Assembly: GCA_028534125.1 (NCBI GenBank)
Contig: CM052825.1
Span: 21,700,001-21,764,000, forward strand
DNA from: Lama glama
Taxonomy: Eukaryota
Direction of reading: 5' to 3'
Length of the DNA stretch: 64,000 nt
How positions within the stretch are numbered: position 1 is the first letter of the stretch; the number at the start of each line of letters is the position of its first letter. Under the pieces are notes generated by a model. It was given only the letters and a program-made list of their open reading frames with translations, did no database searches and had not been told where the DNA came from. Both the position numbers and the translations under genes were made by a program. Positions 62,501-64,000 of this stretch are shown here, one piece after another.

Positions 62501-63648
62501 ATTCTACTGCTAGGAATTTATCACAAGGAAATAATTGAAGACATATGTACAAGGATATTCATTACACTGTTATTTATAATGGCAAAAAAAAAGCAGGGGG
62601 AGAAAAAAAATATGAGACCAGTTAAATCTGTATGATTAATAATAACTATTTTCCAAGAACAGTGAATGGTATGAGAAAAGGTTCGTAATAAGTGAAAAAG
62701 GCAGATTACAAAATACTCCATGTAGTGTGATCCCCAAATCCACTGAGAAAAACACTCATATATACCCACGCAAACAGAAAAGAAAAAAATAAAAATGCTA
62801 ATAACGGTTCTACGAATAGCAGGAATGTGGGCATATGAACTGTCTTTTCAAATCCTTTCCTGTATTCTTAAAATTTTCTCTAATCAACATGCATTATTTT
62901 TATAACAGCAAAAAAGTCAAAATAGCAACATAGCCAATAATAACAGGACGTGAATCTCAGGTCCTATTATTCTGAGCAGCTGAGTTCGATTCTTAACTCT
63001 TAGCAATGAGAATAGAAAAACCCGTTTTTTCACAGCAAAGCCTTAGACTGAAAATTCCAGAAGGGCAAGAGGCATATAAAGTTGTTCACTACAGTACCCA
63101 CACCTGACACAACCACAGGACCAAGACTCTCTAAACTTGATACGTAACACCAAGCACCACGTATCAACAGCTACTAGCCTACTCTTAAATGTCTTGAACT
63201 TGAGCGTAATTTGAGCTCCGCCTAAAACTGACCAAAGTCCATATACAACCTTTTAATACAACAGTCAGTGAAAATATCAGGGGCTCTGAAGACAAGTACA
63301 ATTGAGCCTGAATCTCAGTACCACCATTTTCAAGCTAGCATGAGCAAGGAATAATCTCTCTAGACCTTCTTTTCTTCATACTCAAAATAGTGATATTTAC
63401 AGGATTTCTATCAGTACTAGATAATGTATGAAAAACACCCAGCACAGAGCCTGGTGCACTGTGGGTGCTCAACAAAGCAGCAGCTACCATGACTATGACA
63501 GGTTGTTACCATCTACATAGCAGACATCCTTAATGTAGGACAACAGTAAAGAGAGCAGGATGTCCAGGCGCTCAGCGACGGGATGGACCATCTGATCGTG
63601 CATTTCAGGATCAGCCTTTGTTTCGTGTTCATTCTCTTCATCTTCATC
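53354..63648 (-). CDS. RRN3: RRN3 (TIF-IA), RNA polymerase I-specific transcription initiation factor; last 8 coding exons (5'-partial)
   Basis: Eight phase-compatible GT-AG exons encode HPVAERLDIL...LLPTHASCHVQFFMFYLCS...YIGSFLARAKFI...HGPFYSACQAVFYTFVFRH...LNPLKICLP...DTFFPFDPCVLKRSKKFI...SSVGSPPVLY with no frameshift or internal stop. Confidence 0.96.
53865..54053 (-). mobile_element. tRNA-Ala-derived SINE (Vic-1-like) in the last RRN3 intron
   Basis: Reverse complement GGGGAGGGGATAGCTCAATTGGTAGAGCACGTGCTTAGCATGCATGAGGTCCTGGGTTCAATCCCCAGTACCTCC plus long A-rich tail; ctgac(t/a)ttt on both flanks. Confidence 0.88.
54560..54647 (-). CDS. RRN3: RRN3 exon
   Basis: gacag|ATCA...AAG|gtaaa; SKKFIDPVYQVWEDMSAEELQEFKKPIKK. 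Confidence 0.95.
55575..55727 (-). CDS. RRN3: RRN3 exon
   Basis: tacag|CAAA...AGAG|gtagg; KYQLVFCYTLIERNNRQMLP...FFPFDPCVLK. Confidence 0.95.
57030..57225 (+). mobile_element. MIR SINE
   Basis: tttcacctttctgtgcc...ataaatagggg...tgtgaggattgagcgag...gtgctgggcacacag. Confidence 0.6.
57635..57743 (-). CDS. RRN3: RRN3 exon
   Basis: caaag|GTCTG...CAAG|gtaag; GLSYLQSLNFERIVMSQLNPLKICLPSVVNFFAAIT. Confidence 0.94.
58682..58902. mobile_element. MER20-like hAT-Charlie relic
   Basis: ctgtggttttcaact...ggacatctggcagtgtctggaagacagttttagttgtcacaac...gggacgctgctaa...caggacagcc...tgaggaactctg. Confidence 0.75.
59543..59727 (-). CDS. RRN3: RRN3 exon
   Basis: tctag|TACT...GAAG|gtcag; TVKSCLDLLVNWLHVYLNNQDSGTKAFCDVALHGPFYSACQAVFY...GNLKE. 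Confidence 0.95.
60601..60731 (-). CDS. RRN3: RRN3 exon
   Basis: tatag|GGG...CTTAT|gtaag; GFAEAFLEHLWKKLQDPNNPAIIRQAAANYIGSFLARAKFIPL. Confidence 0.95.
61597..61615 (-). promoter_or_regulatory. Candidate CTCF site in an RRN3 intron
   Basis: Minus strand GGTCCGCTAGGTGGTGCC matches the CCRCYAGRKGGCR-type core with one clear mismatch. Confidence 0.5.
61852..61982 (-). CDS. RRN3: RRN3 exon
   Basis: tgtag|GTAAG...TTG|gtgag; GKIDNNKTKDLYRDLITIFDKLLLPTHASCHVQFFMFYLCSFKL. Confidence 0.95.
62109..62208 (+). mobile_element. tRNA-Ala-derived SINE (Vic-1-like), 3' end lost in the gap
   Basis: GGGGGAGGGTATAGCTCAAGGGGTAGAG...GCATGCATGAGGTCCTGGGTTCAATCTCCAGTACCTC. Confidence 0.85.
62209..62345. other. 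Assembly gap (137 N)
   Basis: Run of N. Confidence 0.99.
62400..62900 (+). mobile_element. Old L1 (L1ME-like) fragment
   Basis: ccctttgatccagtaattctactgctaggaatttatc...atatgtacaaggatattcattacactgttatttataatggc. Confidence 0.6.
63280..63490 (+). mobile_element. MIR SINE
   Basis: cctgaatctcagtaccacca...gataatgtatgaaaaacacccagcacagagcctgg...gtgctcaacaaa. Confidence 0.55.
63510..63648 (-). CDS. RRN3: RRN3 exon (5'-most in this window)
   Basis: taaag|GAT...GATG|gtaac; DEDEENEHETKADPEMHDQMVHPVAERLDILLSLLLSYIKDVCYVD. Confidence 0.94.
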
Positions 63649-64000
63649 CTTTAAAGGTAAAGTGAAAACGGATATTTAAAAATTCAGTGAAAGTAGTTTA
63701 GTGAGAAAACGCTGAGGTAACTGTTGCCCTTTAAAAGATAAAATGAAAACACAGATACCTTTCCAGGCAAGGGCTCTCAACCAGAGGTGAGAATGAGAAC
63801 CACCCATGGAATTCAAAATGAAAGCACAGATTCAGAGCCCCAGCCCAATTCTCATTTAGAAGACTCACTTACAGTGCGGCCATGCAAACATCACAGACTG
63901 CCCCCAGCTCCCGGCACCCACTGTTGGTCTCCTTTCCCAGGACAGGGCACCCGTACCCCAGCTGCCAACAGCTCACAGTTGCCCCTCCTTCTCCAAAGAA

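Noticed and set aside
1-64000. CRISPR arrays, operons, prophage, intact retroelement ORFs, snoRNA or miRNA genes
   Set aside because: Mammalian intron-exon DNA; no repeat-spacer array or long intact element ORF was seen, and no RNA gene could be recognised by eye (an Infernal/Rfam scan would be needed to exclude small intronic RNAs)

Overview
Mammalian (eutherian) genomic DNA, most likely a camelid, judged from five tRNA-Ala(AGC)-derived SINEs of the Vic-1 type. The window holds the conserved PDXDC1-NTAN1-RRN3 gene cluster. PDXDC1 (+) is present as coding exons 2-23 (2611-34867); exon 1 lies upstream of the window. NTAN1 (-) runs from ATG 50310 to stop 36921; nine of ten exons are visible and exon 2 is most likely inside the N-gap at 44415-44602. 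RRN3/TIF-IA (-) is present as its last 8 coding exons (63648 down to stop 53354). All visible exons have GT-AG boundaries and compatible phases when read by hand. Introns carry ordinary L1, L2, MIR, hAT DNA-transposon and LTR relics, and there are three assembly gaps. Most ORF-track entries are spurious or are exon fragments running into introns. I found no evidence for a wholly new biological system. The best second-look items are the missing PLP Schiff-base lysine in PDXDC1, a triple ZNF143/THAP11-type motif array at the NTAN1 promoter, a candidate NMD-inducing alternative acceptor in NTAN1 intron 3, and tight convergent/tandem gene packing. Gene, exon-number and repeat-family names come from recalled sequences, not database searches.
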